Shown here in pieces: positions 27,291-38,436 of a DNA stretch of 64,000 nucleotides. The notes under the pieces are model-generated. The model saw nothing but the letters and a program-made list of their open reading frames with translations, was not told the origin of the DNA and did no database searches. Origin of the DNA: an uncultured delta proteobacterium. Its GTDB lineage: Bacteria; Myxococcota_A; Polyangia; Polyangiales; Polyangiaceae. Each line of letters opens with the position of its first letter. Position 1 is the first letter of the stretch. The stretch is taken from assembly GCA_963782055.1 (NCBI GenBank), contig CAWAIF010000003.1, forward strand, positions 1,152,001 through 1,216,000, written 5' to 3'. A program made the translations under genes and the position numbers.

Positions 27291-27614
27291 ATGATGTCCA
27301 CGAACGACTGGATGGACGTTTTTCGCGTAGGTGTACCCGATGGCCACGTCCCAAAGCAGATGCCATGGGACGACCCGACGGGCGGCACTGGCGGCGGAGG
27401 CCCTCGTTCCGCTCAGTACACCGTCTACATGCCAGCACCGGATGACCCAAACGGAGTTGGCGGTGGGTTTGGACCACGCGCCAACCCTGCTTGGTCGGAC
27501 ATCTACGCGTTCCCCAACCCGGAGGGCACCGGTGGCGGCAACCCGCACTCCCGGCAATACCGTCCCAGCCCGGAGGATCCGACCGGCCCTGGCCCAAGGG
27601 GGCCCTCTGCCTGA
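27291..27614 (+). CDS. 107-aa peptide with four Pro/Asp/Gly repeat units
   Basis: Units MPWDDPTGGTGGGGPRS, MPAPDDPNGVGGGFGPRA, FPNPEGTGGGNPHS, RPSPEDPTGPGPRG; start uncertain. Confidence 0.55.
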   Translation: MMSTNDWMDVFRVGVPDGHVPKQMPWDDPTGGTGGGGPRSAQYTVYMPAPDDPNGVGGGFGPRANPAWSDIYAFPNPEGTGGGNPHSRQYRPSPEDPTGPGPRGPSA

Positions 27615-27638
27615 CGAGCAGAGCTCCAAGGGGCAGAC

Positions 27639-27890
27639 ATGGTATCATCACGGATTGACATCCTTCTCGTGCTTGCGGCCGTGGCCGTGTCGCTCGGATG
27701 GCTCGTCGCGGCCGCTGTCCTGCGGCGTCGTCGCGTCAGCGCGGAGGGAAGGCGTCGCGCGCAGCTGCCGGAGGCTGATGACCCTACCAGGCTCTACATT
27801 CAGGACGCCCCAGAGGTGCCCACAGAGTGGTTCTCGTCGCTGTTCACCCCGAGTAGTAAGGTACCAGCATGGGAGCTATCGAGCGAGTAG
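27639..27890 (+). CDS. Small single-TM hypothetical protein
   Basis: Hydrophobic 'ILLVLAAVAVSLGWLVAAAVL' followed by RRRR; GGGG upstream of ATG. Confidence 0.45.
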   Translation: MVSSRIDILLVLAAVAVSLGWLVAAAVLRRRRVSAEGRRRAQLPEADDPTRLYIQDAPEVPTEWFSSLFTPSSKVPAWELSSE

Positions 27891-27994
27891 CTGTTCCCCT
27901 TGGCCCTCGTGCAGCGACGTAACCCATCAGTGAGCCACGTGGTCGAGGTGCCCTGCGTGCCAAGGAGCTGGAGCGCCGGGCGTGAGCCCGCGCG

Positions 27995-29455
27995 CTACTG
28001 CGCGGCGACGTTCAGGACCCAGCCGTGCGGCTCCCAGACCACGTCGTCGGGATCGAACGGCGCCGACCAGTTGCCCACGTTGACGCCCACGAGCAGCACG
28101 CTCGCGGTCTGGTCCAGCTCGGTCAGGGTGATCGCCCCGCTCGTCGCCTTCTGCGCGACGTTGATGGGCACGCGCGCCAGCTCGTGGCCCTGCGCGTCCA
28201 GCTTCACCGCGACCCAGCGCATCCGGGCGAGCTGCTCCCAGCGCACCTCCACGCGCAGGCGCATGCCCGTCGGCGCGCCGGCGTGGCTCACCCGCACGTA
28301 CGACGCGCCCGTCGGCGCGACGGGGGCCGGCGAGGCCAGGCCGCGCGCGGTGAGCGGCCAGCCGATGTCCCAGTCCAGCCGCACGCGCGCGGCGTCGCCC
28401 AGGGCGCGCGACTCCGGGAAGTGGGCGTCGTCCGCGGTGGAGCCCATGAAGGCGCGCGCCACCGCGAAGTCGATCAGGAGATCGTCGATGGTCGATCCCT
28501 CCGAGAGGGTGCCCTTCATGCTGGTGCGCAGGACGTCGAAGGCGTCCGGCTCGTTGACCCAGCGCTCCGCGCCGACGGGCGTCTTCGTCGCCGCGAGGGC
28601 GTAGAGGGCGAGCACCGTCGATCCTGGCGACTGCGCGAAGGTGTCGTCCAGCCACCAGAAGAAGAGGCCCGCGCCGTGATCGTAGCGCCGGCCGGCGGCG
28701 ACCCACCCGGGATCGGCGGGCGAGGCGGGGCCCCTTGCCGGCGCGTAGGTCCACGCGGGCGGCCACGCCCACGGATCCACCACCACGTGGTCGGGGTTCT
28801 GCTGGAAGACCTCGGCGCCGTCGGGGATGCCCTGCGCGCACGGCACCGCGAGGTGGGCGAGGGCTGCCGCCTCGCCCAGCGCGGTGCCCTCCTCCGCCGC
28901 CGGCACCGCGCGGTAGCCGATGGCGCGGAACAGCTCCCGCGCGACGACGTAGTCCAGCGTGCAGCCCGGCCGCAGGCGGGAGTCAATCGTCGTCACCGCG
29001 CTGGCGCGGTCGAACGCGGCGGAGAAGCCCCGGTGGGCGAGGGCGGTGGTGCCCAGCCCGCCATCCGCCGGCTCGCCCAGCACGATGTCCCACACCCCGG
29101 TCTGCACGTCGGCCTCCGGGGGGGGCATCTGCATGGGCCCGGTGGCGAGGTCCCACGCATGCTCTGCGCTGGCCAGCGTCTCCATGACCGGCGCGCCCGC
29201 GTGTGCGGCGTGCACGCACACCGCGTGGCGGAAGGAGCAGGCCGAGAAGGGCAGCCGCCCGAGTGGGGCGGCCTGCGAGAGGTCCGGGCCCGGGGTCGCG
29301 GCGACGGGGGCAGCGGCGCGGGGCGCTCCGGCCTCCGCGGCTTCCCCGCCTTCCGTGGCGCCCGCGGCCTCTCCGCCCGGACCGGCGCCGGTGACCGCCG
29401 CGGCGGCCACGACCGCCACAAGGAGGGCCTTCGCGGTTTGACGCCGATTTGACAC
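27995..29455 (-). CDS. Exported protein with degenerate zinc-metallopeptidase-like segment
   Basis: Probable GTG start at 29455 (SNRRQTAKALLVAVVAAAA signal); 'YVVARELFRAIGY...ALGEAAAL' resembles HExxH...E with both His replaced by Arg. Confidence 0.65.
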   Translation of the reverse strand: MSNRRQTAKALLVAVVAAAAVTGAGPGGEAAGATEGGEAAEAGAPRAAAPVAATPGPDLSQAAPLGRLPFSACSFRHAVCVHAAHAGAPVMETLASAEHAWDLATGPMQMPPPEADVQTGVWDIVLGEPADGGLGTTALAHRGFSAAFDRASAVTTIDSRLRPGCTLDYVVARELFRAIGYRAVPAAEEGTALGEAAALAHLAVPCAQGIPDGAEVFQQNPDHVVVDPWAWPPAWTYAPARGPASPADPGWVAAGRRYDHGAGLFFWWLDDTFAQSPGSTVLALYALAATKTPVGAERWVNEPDAFDVLRTSMKGTLSEGSTIDDLLIDFAVARAFMGSTADDAHFPESRALGDAARVRLDWDIGWPLTARGLASPAPVAPTGASYVRVSHAGAPTGMRLRVEVRWEQLARMRWVAVKLDAQGHELARVPINVAQKATSGAITLTELDQTASVLLVGVNVGNWSAPFDPDDVVWEPHGWVLNVAAQ

Positions 29456-29497
29456 GCTCTTTCGCACCCCTCTATAACCGTGTTCGCCGGAGAAAGC

Positions 29498-30052
29498 ATG
29501 GCCGAAACCGTCGATTTGTCCCACGCCGTTCGCTTCGATCTGTCGTCAGGCAGCATCCAGCTGGAGGGCGGGGCGCAGGCGGTCGTGCTCCCCGCCGACG
29601 CCCTCGGCGAGCTGGTGAGCGGCGTCCCCGCCGATGCGCGCGTGCGCGTGGGCCGCGCCGTCGGCCAGACGATGGGCAAGGCCGCCGCCGCGCGCGCGGG
29701 CGGCGCGAGCGGCGTGCTCGCCGCCAGCCTGGAGTCGGTCGCCTCGCAGCTCGGCGCCGAGCTGGCGGTGCGCGGCATGGGCACCCTCGCCATCGAGCGC
29801 TGGGGCCGCGCCCTCGTCCTGCACGTGACGTCGGCGCCCATCACCTCCGCGGACTTCTACGTCGGCCTGCTGGAGGGCGCGATGGACGCGATGACCGGCC
29901 GCACCGTCGGCGCGGCGCTCCTCAGCGACGCGGGCGGCGTGCGCGTGCTCGTCGCGAGCGCCGGCGGCGCCCTGCGCGTGCGCGGGTGGATCGAGCAGGG
30001 CGTGAGCTGGAGCGACGCGCTGGTGCGCTTGCAAGCGGGGAGCGGGGCATGA
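29498..30052 (+). CDS. V4R/XylR-N-like small protein
   Basis: 'RFDLSSGSIQL..AVVLPADAL', 'VGRAVGQTMG', 'RGMGTLAIERWG', 'FYVGLLEGAMDAMTGR' follow the V4R fold pattern. Confidence 0.6.
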   Translation: MAETVDLSHAVRFDLSSGSIQLEGGAQAVVLPADALGELVSGVPADARVRVGRAVGQTMGKAAAARAGGASGVLAASLESVASQLGAELAVRGMGTLAIERWGRALVLHVTSAPITSADFYVGLLEGAMDAMTGRTVGAALLSDAGGVRVLVASAGGALRVRGWIEQGVSWSDALVRLQAGSGA

Positions 30053-30900
30053 GCCAGGAGCAGATCGCCAAGCTGGAGAGCTTGCTGGAGCGCATCGTTC
30101 GCAACGCGGCGCTGCCGCGCATGCCTCACGTGGAGGCCGCCGCCGCGGGCGAGGAGGCGACCGAGGCGCCCATCCCGACGGTGCCGCCTTCCGCCGACGC
30201 GCAGGTGGCGCTGGAGCAGGAGCGCGAGCCGGAGGCGCCCGCCGCCATCGTTGCCGAGGAGAGCCGCTCGCGTCTGGTGGCCGCCGAGCCGGCCGAGCCG
30301 GAGGAGCTGGGCGAAGAGGTGCTGGAGCTGGACGATCGTCACATCGTCCACGAGGAAGAGGGCGAGGCCCCCGCCGTCGAGGTGGTGATGGAGGAGGCGG
30401 AGGTCGAGGTGGCGGAGCCGCCGCCCTCGTCGCGCCGCGCCATCGCCGAGCCGATGGAGGCCGCGGGCCCGGAGATTGAGATCCCGCCCGCGCCGATGAC
30501 GCCGCCGCCCGAGTCGGGCAAGCAGGTCGCCGCCCAGTCCGACTTCGAGGACTTCACCGGCGTCCGCGAGGCCAAGAAGCAGGAGGCGCCCCCCGAGGAG
30601 GAGCCGATCCCCCTCGCGTCGATGCGCACCGCCGAGGCGAAGCCCGCCCAGGAGATGGAAGCGGAGCTGCCGCCGGCGAAGGCGCCGGGCGAGTACAGCG
30701 CCGACCTCGCGCCGCCGACGCCCATGCGCACCGGCACCGCGCCGTCGATGACGGCGGTCACGGCGCCCGCCCCGGTCAAGCCGGAGATCACGCAGGCCGC
30801 CGCCCCCACGGCCACATCGGTCGCGAAGATGGAGGGCGCCGTCACCGCCTTCGCGCCGAAGAACTTCGGCGAGCTGCTCGACGCCACGCTGGCGCTGTAG
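30049..30900 (+). CDS. Acidic, Pro/Ala/Glu-rich disordered protein with short helical termini
   Basis: ATGA overlap with the upstream gene; 'IAKLESLLERIVRN' ... 'FGELLDATLAL'. Confidence 0.7.
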   Translation: MSQEQIAKLESLLERIVRNAALPRMPHVEAAAAGEEATEAPIPTVPPSADAQVALEQEREPEAPAAIVAEESRSRLVAAEPAEPEELGEEVLELDDRHIVHEEEGEAPAVEVVMEEAEVEVAEPPPSSRRAIAEPMEAAGPEIEIPPAPMTPPPESGKQVAAQSDFEDFTGVREAKKQEAPPEEEPIPLASMRTAEAKPAQEMEAELPPAKAPGEYSADLAPPTPMRTGTAPSMTAVTAPAPVKPEITQAAAPTATSVAKMEGAVTAFAPKNFGELLDATLAL

Positions 30901-30901
30901 T

Positions 30902-31804
30902 TCAGACCAGCCACTCCACCTTCGCGGAGCGGAGCCACGTGGTCTGCCGGCGGGCGAAGACGCGCGTCGCGCGGACGATGGTGTCGCGCAGCTCGGCGCG
31001 CGGCAGGTCCCCGCGCACGCAGGCGGCGACCTCCTTGTAGCCCACCGATCCCATCGCCCTCGCGTCTCTCAGGCCGTCGTCCAGCAGCGCGCGCACCTCC
31101 TGCTCCCATCCGGCGGCGAGGAAGGCGTCGACGCGCGCGGCGATGCGCGCCGTCAGCTCCGCCGGCTCCCGTCGCGGGGCGAAGAGCAGCGCCTCGTGGC
31201 GCGCCCGCGCGAAGCCGTGCGCCGCGTGCAGGTCGCTCAATCGTTGACCCGTCAACTGAACCACCTCCAGCGCGCGGCTCACCCGCACCACGTCGTTGGG
31301 GTGCAGCCGCGCCGCCGACGCAGGGTCGACCTTCGCCAGCTCGGCGTGGAGCGCGGCACGCCCTTCCTTCTCCACCCGCGCGCGGTGCGCCTCCCGCAGC
31401 GGCTCGCTGGCCGGCGGCGCCGCGACGAGCCCCTGCACCAGCGCCTTCACCCAGAGGAAGGTGCCGCCGCACACGACGGGCACGCGCCCGCGCGCGCGGA
31501 TGTCCTCCAGCGCGCGGTCGGCGCGCGCCGCCCACCGCGCCGCGTCGATCGCGTCGCGCGGGTCCAGGATGGAGATCAGGTGGTGCGGCGCGCGCGCGAG
31601 CTCCTCCGCCGTGGGCTTGCCCGATCCCACGTCGAACCGGCGGTAGACCTGCACGCTGTCGGCGCTGACGATCTCGCCGCCCAGCCGCTCCGCCACGCGC
31701 ACCGCCAGCTCGGTCTTGCCGGAGGCCGTCGGCCCGACGACGCACACCAGCGCAGCGGGCGCCGCGGCGCTCGCCTCGAGCACGCGCTCCGCGGCGCGGT
31801 CCAT
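30902..31804 (-). CDS. miaA: tRNA dimethylallyltransferase
   Basis: 'VGPTASGKT', 'SADSVQVYR', 'GGTFLWVKAL', 'HPNDVVRVSRALEV', 'FARRQTTW'. Confidence 0.93.
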   Translation of the reverse strand: MDRAAERVLEASAAAPAALVCVVGPTASGKTELAVRVAERLGGEIVSADSVQVYRRFDVGSGKPTAEELARAPHHLISILDPRDAIDAARWAARADRALEDIRARGRVPVVCGGTFLWVKALVQGLVAAPPASEPLREAHRARVEKEGRAALHAELAKVDPASAARLHPNDVVRVSRALEVVQLTGQRLSDLHAAHGFARARHEALLFAPRREPAELTARIAARVDAFLAAGWEQEVRALLDDGLRDARAMGSVGYKEVAACVRGDLPRAELRDTIVRATRVFARRQTTWLRSAKVEWLV

Positions 31805-31815
31805 CGCGCCGGGGG

Positions 31816-34554
<2,739 letters not shown>

Positions 34555-34715
34555 GCGTCGTCTCTCTCTCCCGGAGGCGCGGGCAAGCTAACGCAACCGT
34601 GGGGTCGACGCAAAGCGTCGCCGACAGCGACGGCCGGTGACTTGCGCCGGCCTCGTTGCCATGCTCCCACTCGGCTGAGCAGTCGGTGCACCACCAAGCA
34701 GGCGGCATGGCGCTC

Positions 34716-34757
<42 letters not shown>

Positions 34758-34925
34758 TATAGCAGGGCGGTCCTCCTAGCCGGCCGCCTCGGCCGAGCCA
34801 TGTGGTCCGACGTGCAACATGATGTGCTCCAACAAGGGAGGGCGGCCTCCTCCCGACCCTGGCGACTGCAACCGCATGCGTTCCTGGGCTTCCCTCTTCG
34901 CGAACTTCTTTCCGCATCCCTAGCC

Positions 34926-35891
34926 ATGCGCGTCGCCCTCTTCACGATCTGCATCGCTCTGTCGCCTGGCTGTGGCGGCCAGGTGGAGGCGCCGCCGATC
35001 CCCGTCCCGCCCTCGGCGAGCGACTTCCCTCCGTCCGAACCCAGCGCGGTGCCGTACGATCCACGCCTCGGCGCGCTCGCCGACGTGCCGGGCGGGGCGA
35101 CCCACGTCGGCGACTGGACCCTCAGCGTCCCGTCCTTCGCCATCGCGCCGAACGCGTGCTCCGAGCTCATCACGCCCAACGCGCGTGTCATCGTCGCTCC
35201 CTTCCGGCTCATGGTGACCGAAGTGACCAACGGGGAGTACGCCGTCTGCGTAGACGGGGGGGCATGCACCGAGCCGCCGGACGTTGCCGGGCTCGGGGGC
35301 GTGTCCTGGCGCGACGCATCCATCGTGAACCGACCAGTGATCGTCTCGTGGTCGCAGGCTCGCGGCTTCTGCCGTCACTACGGGGGCGATCTGCCGACGT
35401 CGGGCGAGTTTCAGCGCGCGGAGGGGGCCGACGACACGCCCGGACAGCCGTCCCTCGTGAGCAAGTGGCAAGCATGCCGGAGGAGCGGCTCGCCGGTGTC
35501 ACCGGAGTGCGCCCGTATCACTGACCCTTTTTCGAGCGGCGCCCGATCCCTGCAGGATGTCGGTCAGGATCCGTCCGACGTTGGTCCTTACGGTCACCAC
35601 GATCTCTTCGGCAACGCCGACGAGTGGGAGCGGGCGCTCCTGGAGACCCCGGCGAGTCAGGACCTGTGCGCCTGGCCTCTCGATGATCACGATGTCTACC
35701 GTGCGCCGGACGCCGTTCACCCCTTTGTGTACTTCCCTGTCGGGTCGCTCGCCGCGAGCGCCGGTCCGGACGCCGCCTCGGAGCCCCCCTTCGAAGTTCC
35801 AGACCTTCGGCCTGATGGGTACTACAAGGGAGAGCCCAGCGGCTTCCGCTGCGCCTTTCCCATCCCGGCGACCGACGGAAGCGGCTCATGA
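34926..35891 (+). CDS. Lipoprotein with FGE/sulfatase-modifying-factor (SUMF1) domain
   Basis: MRVALFTICIALSPGC; 'TEVTNGEYAVCV', 'VSWSQARGFC..GGDLPT', 'DLFGNADEW', 'GFRCA'. Confidence 0.8.
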   Translation: MRVALFTICIALSPGCGGQVEAPPIPVPPSASDFPPSEPSAVPYDPRLGALADVPGGATHVGDWTLSVPSFAIAPNACSELITPNARVIVAPFRLMVTEVTNGEYAVCVDGGACTEPPDVAGLGGVSWRDASIVNRPVIVSWSQARGFCRHYGGDLPTSGEFQRAEGADDTPGQPSLVSKWQACRRSGSPVSPECARITDPFSSGARSLQDVGQDPSDVGPYGHHDLFGNADEWERALLETPASQDLCAWPLDDHDVYRAPDAVHPFVYFPVGSLAASAGPDAASEPPFEVPDLRPDGYYKGEPSGFRCAFPIPATDGSGS

Positions 35892-36314
35892 CGCGCGCCC
35901 CCGCGCTCCTTGCCGTCTGGCTCGTGGGCTGCGGCGGCGCGACGATCTCGACGCCGTCCGATGCCGGCGAGGACGGCTCGCCCGAGGCGGCCGCGACGCC
36001 CGACGGCTCGGCGGCGCCAGACGCGAGCACCCCGCCGGATGCGGGGACCTGCACGCCGTTCCTTCGCCCGCCGCACAAGGGGTACCTCGCGTGCCCCCTC
36101 GCCTGCGACGCGGCGTTCGCCCGCGATCCGGACCTCTATGACTTCTGCACGGTGAGCTGCGGCGACACCGCCTGCCCGGACGGCTTCGTCTGCGAGCCGG
36201 TGCAAGTGTCGAACGGCGTCTACAAGATTCTGCTTCTTCGCCTGCGACGACCAGACGCCGTGCCCGTCGCCCCTCCAGTGCGAGAGCGGCACCGGGACGC
36301 GTGCGTGCAACTGA
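35888..36314 (+). pseudogene. Cys-rich lipoprotein with an apparent +1 frameshift at ~36224-36227
   Basis: Frame 1 reads MTRAPALLAVWLVGC...FCTVSCGDTACPDGFVCEPVQVSNGVY; the +1 frame continues RFCFFACDDQTPCPSPLQCESGTGTRACN* (TGA 36312-36314). Confidence 0.7.
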
Positions 36315-36321
36315 CGGCCGG

Positions 36322-36903
36322 TCAGCTCGCGAGGGGGTCGCGGTAGATGTCGTTCACGTCGAGGGTGAAGGGCTCACCGCACGATGCGATCTCCGCGCGC
36401 TCGCCCTCGCGCGCCTCGGCGACGAGCTCCCAGTTGCCGCGCTCGTTGCGCCGGTACACCTCGATGAGCGGCTCACGCTGGGAGACGAGGACGTACTCGC
36501 CCAGGGAGGGGATGCGCCGGTAGTGCGCCGCCTTGGCGCCGCGGTCGTAGGCCTCGGTCGAGTCGGAGAGGACCTCCACGATGAGCGAGGGATTGAGGAC
36601 GCCGTCCGGATCCTTCTCGTCGGTCTCGACCTTGCCGCAGACGACCGTCACGTCCGGATACGTCGAGAGATCGGTCGACTGGATGCGCACGCGAACGTCG
36701 GAGGAGAGCGCGCGGCAAGGTCGACCGCGCAGCGCGCTTCCCAGCGCGACCGTCATGGCGGCCGCGAGGGCGCCATGCTCGACCGTGCCGCCGGCCATCG
36801 CGAAGACCTCGCCCGCGAGGTACTCGTGCTTCGTCTCGCCCCTCGCCTCGAACGCGAGGTACTCGGCGTAGGTCATCCGCGCGACCGGGACCGGCGTGGG
36901 CAT
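36322..36903 (-). CDS. Uma2/DUF820 family endonuclease
   Basis: 'MTYAEYLAFE..KHEYLAGEVFAMAGG', 'YPDVTVVC', 'VEVLSDSTEAYDRGAK..HYRRIPSLGEYVLV'. Confidence 0.92.
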   Translation of the reverse strand: MPTPVPVARMTYAEYLAFEARGETKHEYLAGEVFAMAGGTVEHGALAAAMTVALGSALRGRPCRALSSDVRVRIQSTDLSTYPDVTVVCGKVETDEKDPDGVLNPSLIVEVLSDSTEAYDRGAKAAHYRRIPSLGEYVLVSQREPLIEVYRRNERGNWELVAEAREGERAEIASCGEPFTLDVNDIYRDPLAS

Positions 36904-37018
36904 GCACGGAAGATAACACGCGCCGGCGGGATCGGGCCTGAGGCTGAGGCGCACAGGATGCGAGCAATCGCGCATGAGGTGCGTGCGGAACGGTCCGGGC
37001 GCTTGCTACGAGACCGAC

Positions 37019-38302
37019 ATGCAGAAGGTTCGCAGCTCCTCCCCGCTCCTCCTCTCCCTCTCCCTCCTCACCGTCCTCGCCGGATGCGGCGGCGGCGCCT
37101 CCGGCGGATCGCCCTCGCCCGATCCCACCGGCGGCACGACCCCTCCTCCGTCCTCGACCGGTCCGGGTGGCAGCGAGGGGGGCGGCGGCGGCGGCACCGT
37201 CTCCGACCTTGCGCGCGCCCCGCAGATCTCGCAGGCCAAGCCACCTGCGCAATTCGCCAAGATGCCGCTCATCAGCTTGGGCCGCCCCACCTTCGCGACC
37301 TACGCACAGGCTGACGCGCCGCTCGCGGTGGACAACGACTACGGCACCTCCTGGCGCACCTACCACGTGCCCACCGCCGGCGCGCCGGACGTCCTCGCCA
37401 TCGACCTCTCCGGCCTCCCGCTCACCGAGCGGAGCGCCGTCTACTCGGTGTGGTTCAACGAGAACGGCTACAACTACGACACGTCCGACGCCGAGAGCTA
37501 CACGCTCCCCGGCGACTACCAGATCCAGGCCAGCACGGCGTCCGGCGGCGGCGCACCCCCGCAGTCCGGCTGGGTCACCCTCGTCACGGTGAAGGGCAAC
37601 ACCCTGAGCTCGCGCGCCGACGTTCTCGACCTCACCGGCTACCAGTGGGTGCGCTTCTTCTGCACCGCGAGCGCACCCAACGCCGCCGCGCAGAACACCG
37701 ACGTCTCACTCCAGTGGAACCTCTACGACGCCCACGCCGGGGTGGACGGCTGGAAGTTCGGGGGCGACTCCATCACCGCCAACTCGATGGGCCACAAGAG
37801 CACCAACGACAGCTTCGATCAGCTCGTCCACGCGCAGGTGCCCGACGCCACGCCCGCCTTCGAGATGGGCGGCCACGGGGGCTGGACCACCACCGACATG
37901 CTCGGCCACATCGACGCCTACCTCGCCAACTTCCCCGGTCGCTACTTCGCGCTGCCGCTCGGCACCAACGACGCCGGCAACGACCCTGTCGGCTACGCGG
38001 CGAACATGACCAAGCTCATCGACAAGATCCTTGCGGTAGGCAAGGTCCCGGTGGTGCCGACCATCCCGTACACCGGCGACCCTCAGCACGCCGCCATCCC
38101 GTCGTACAACGCGCAGATCCAGCAGCTTTACGCCACGTACGGGGCCAAGCTCGTCCAGGGACCGGACCTGTACGCCGTGCTGTACGCCGGCCGCGCCACC
38201 ATGTTCGACAACCCCACCGATCTGCACCCCAACGAGAAGGGGAACGCGGCGATTCGCAAGGCCTGGGGCGACGCGATGGTGAAGAACGTCTACGCCAAGT
38301 AG
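37019..38302 (+). CDS. Lipoprotein with discoidin/CBM-like domain and SGNH/GDSL hydrolase domain
   Basis: Lipobox LAGC; 'GGDSIT', 'GHGGWTT', 'LGTND', 'DLHPNEKG'. Confidence 0.85.
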   Translation: MQKVRSSSPLLLSLSLLTVLAGCGGGASGGSPSPDPTGGTTPPPSSTGPGGSEGGGGGGTVSDLARAPQISQAKPPAQFAKMPLISLGRPTFATYAQADAPLAVDNDYGTSWRTYHVPTAGAPDVLAIDLSGLPLTERSAVYSVWFNENGYNYDTSDAESYTLPGDYQIQASTASGGGAPPQSGWVTLVTVKGNTLSSRADVLDLTGYQWVRFFCTASAPNAAAQNTDVSLQWNLYDAHAGVDGWKFGGDSITANSMGHKSTNDSFDQLVHAQVPDATPAFEMGGHGGWTTTDMLGHIDAYLANFPGRYFALPLGTNDAGNDPVGYAANMTKLIDKILAVGKVPVVPTIPYTGDPQHAAIPSYNAQIQQLYATYGAKLVQGPDLYAVLYAGRATMFDNPTDLHPNEKGNAAIRKAWGDAMVKNVYAK

Positions 38303-38436
38303 CCTCGCCGGCCGCCCTTTTTGCAGGCCGCCACTCGCGCCGGTGGCAGCCTGCCAAGGGGCCGGTGGCTCTTCTGGCACGAGCGGTGCACCGCGACTCC
38401 CTGCGCCCCAACCACGGCGGGCGCCAGGAGGCACGC

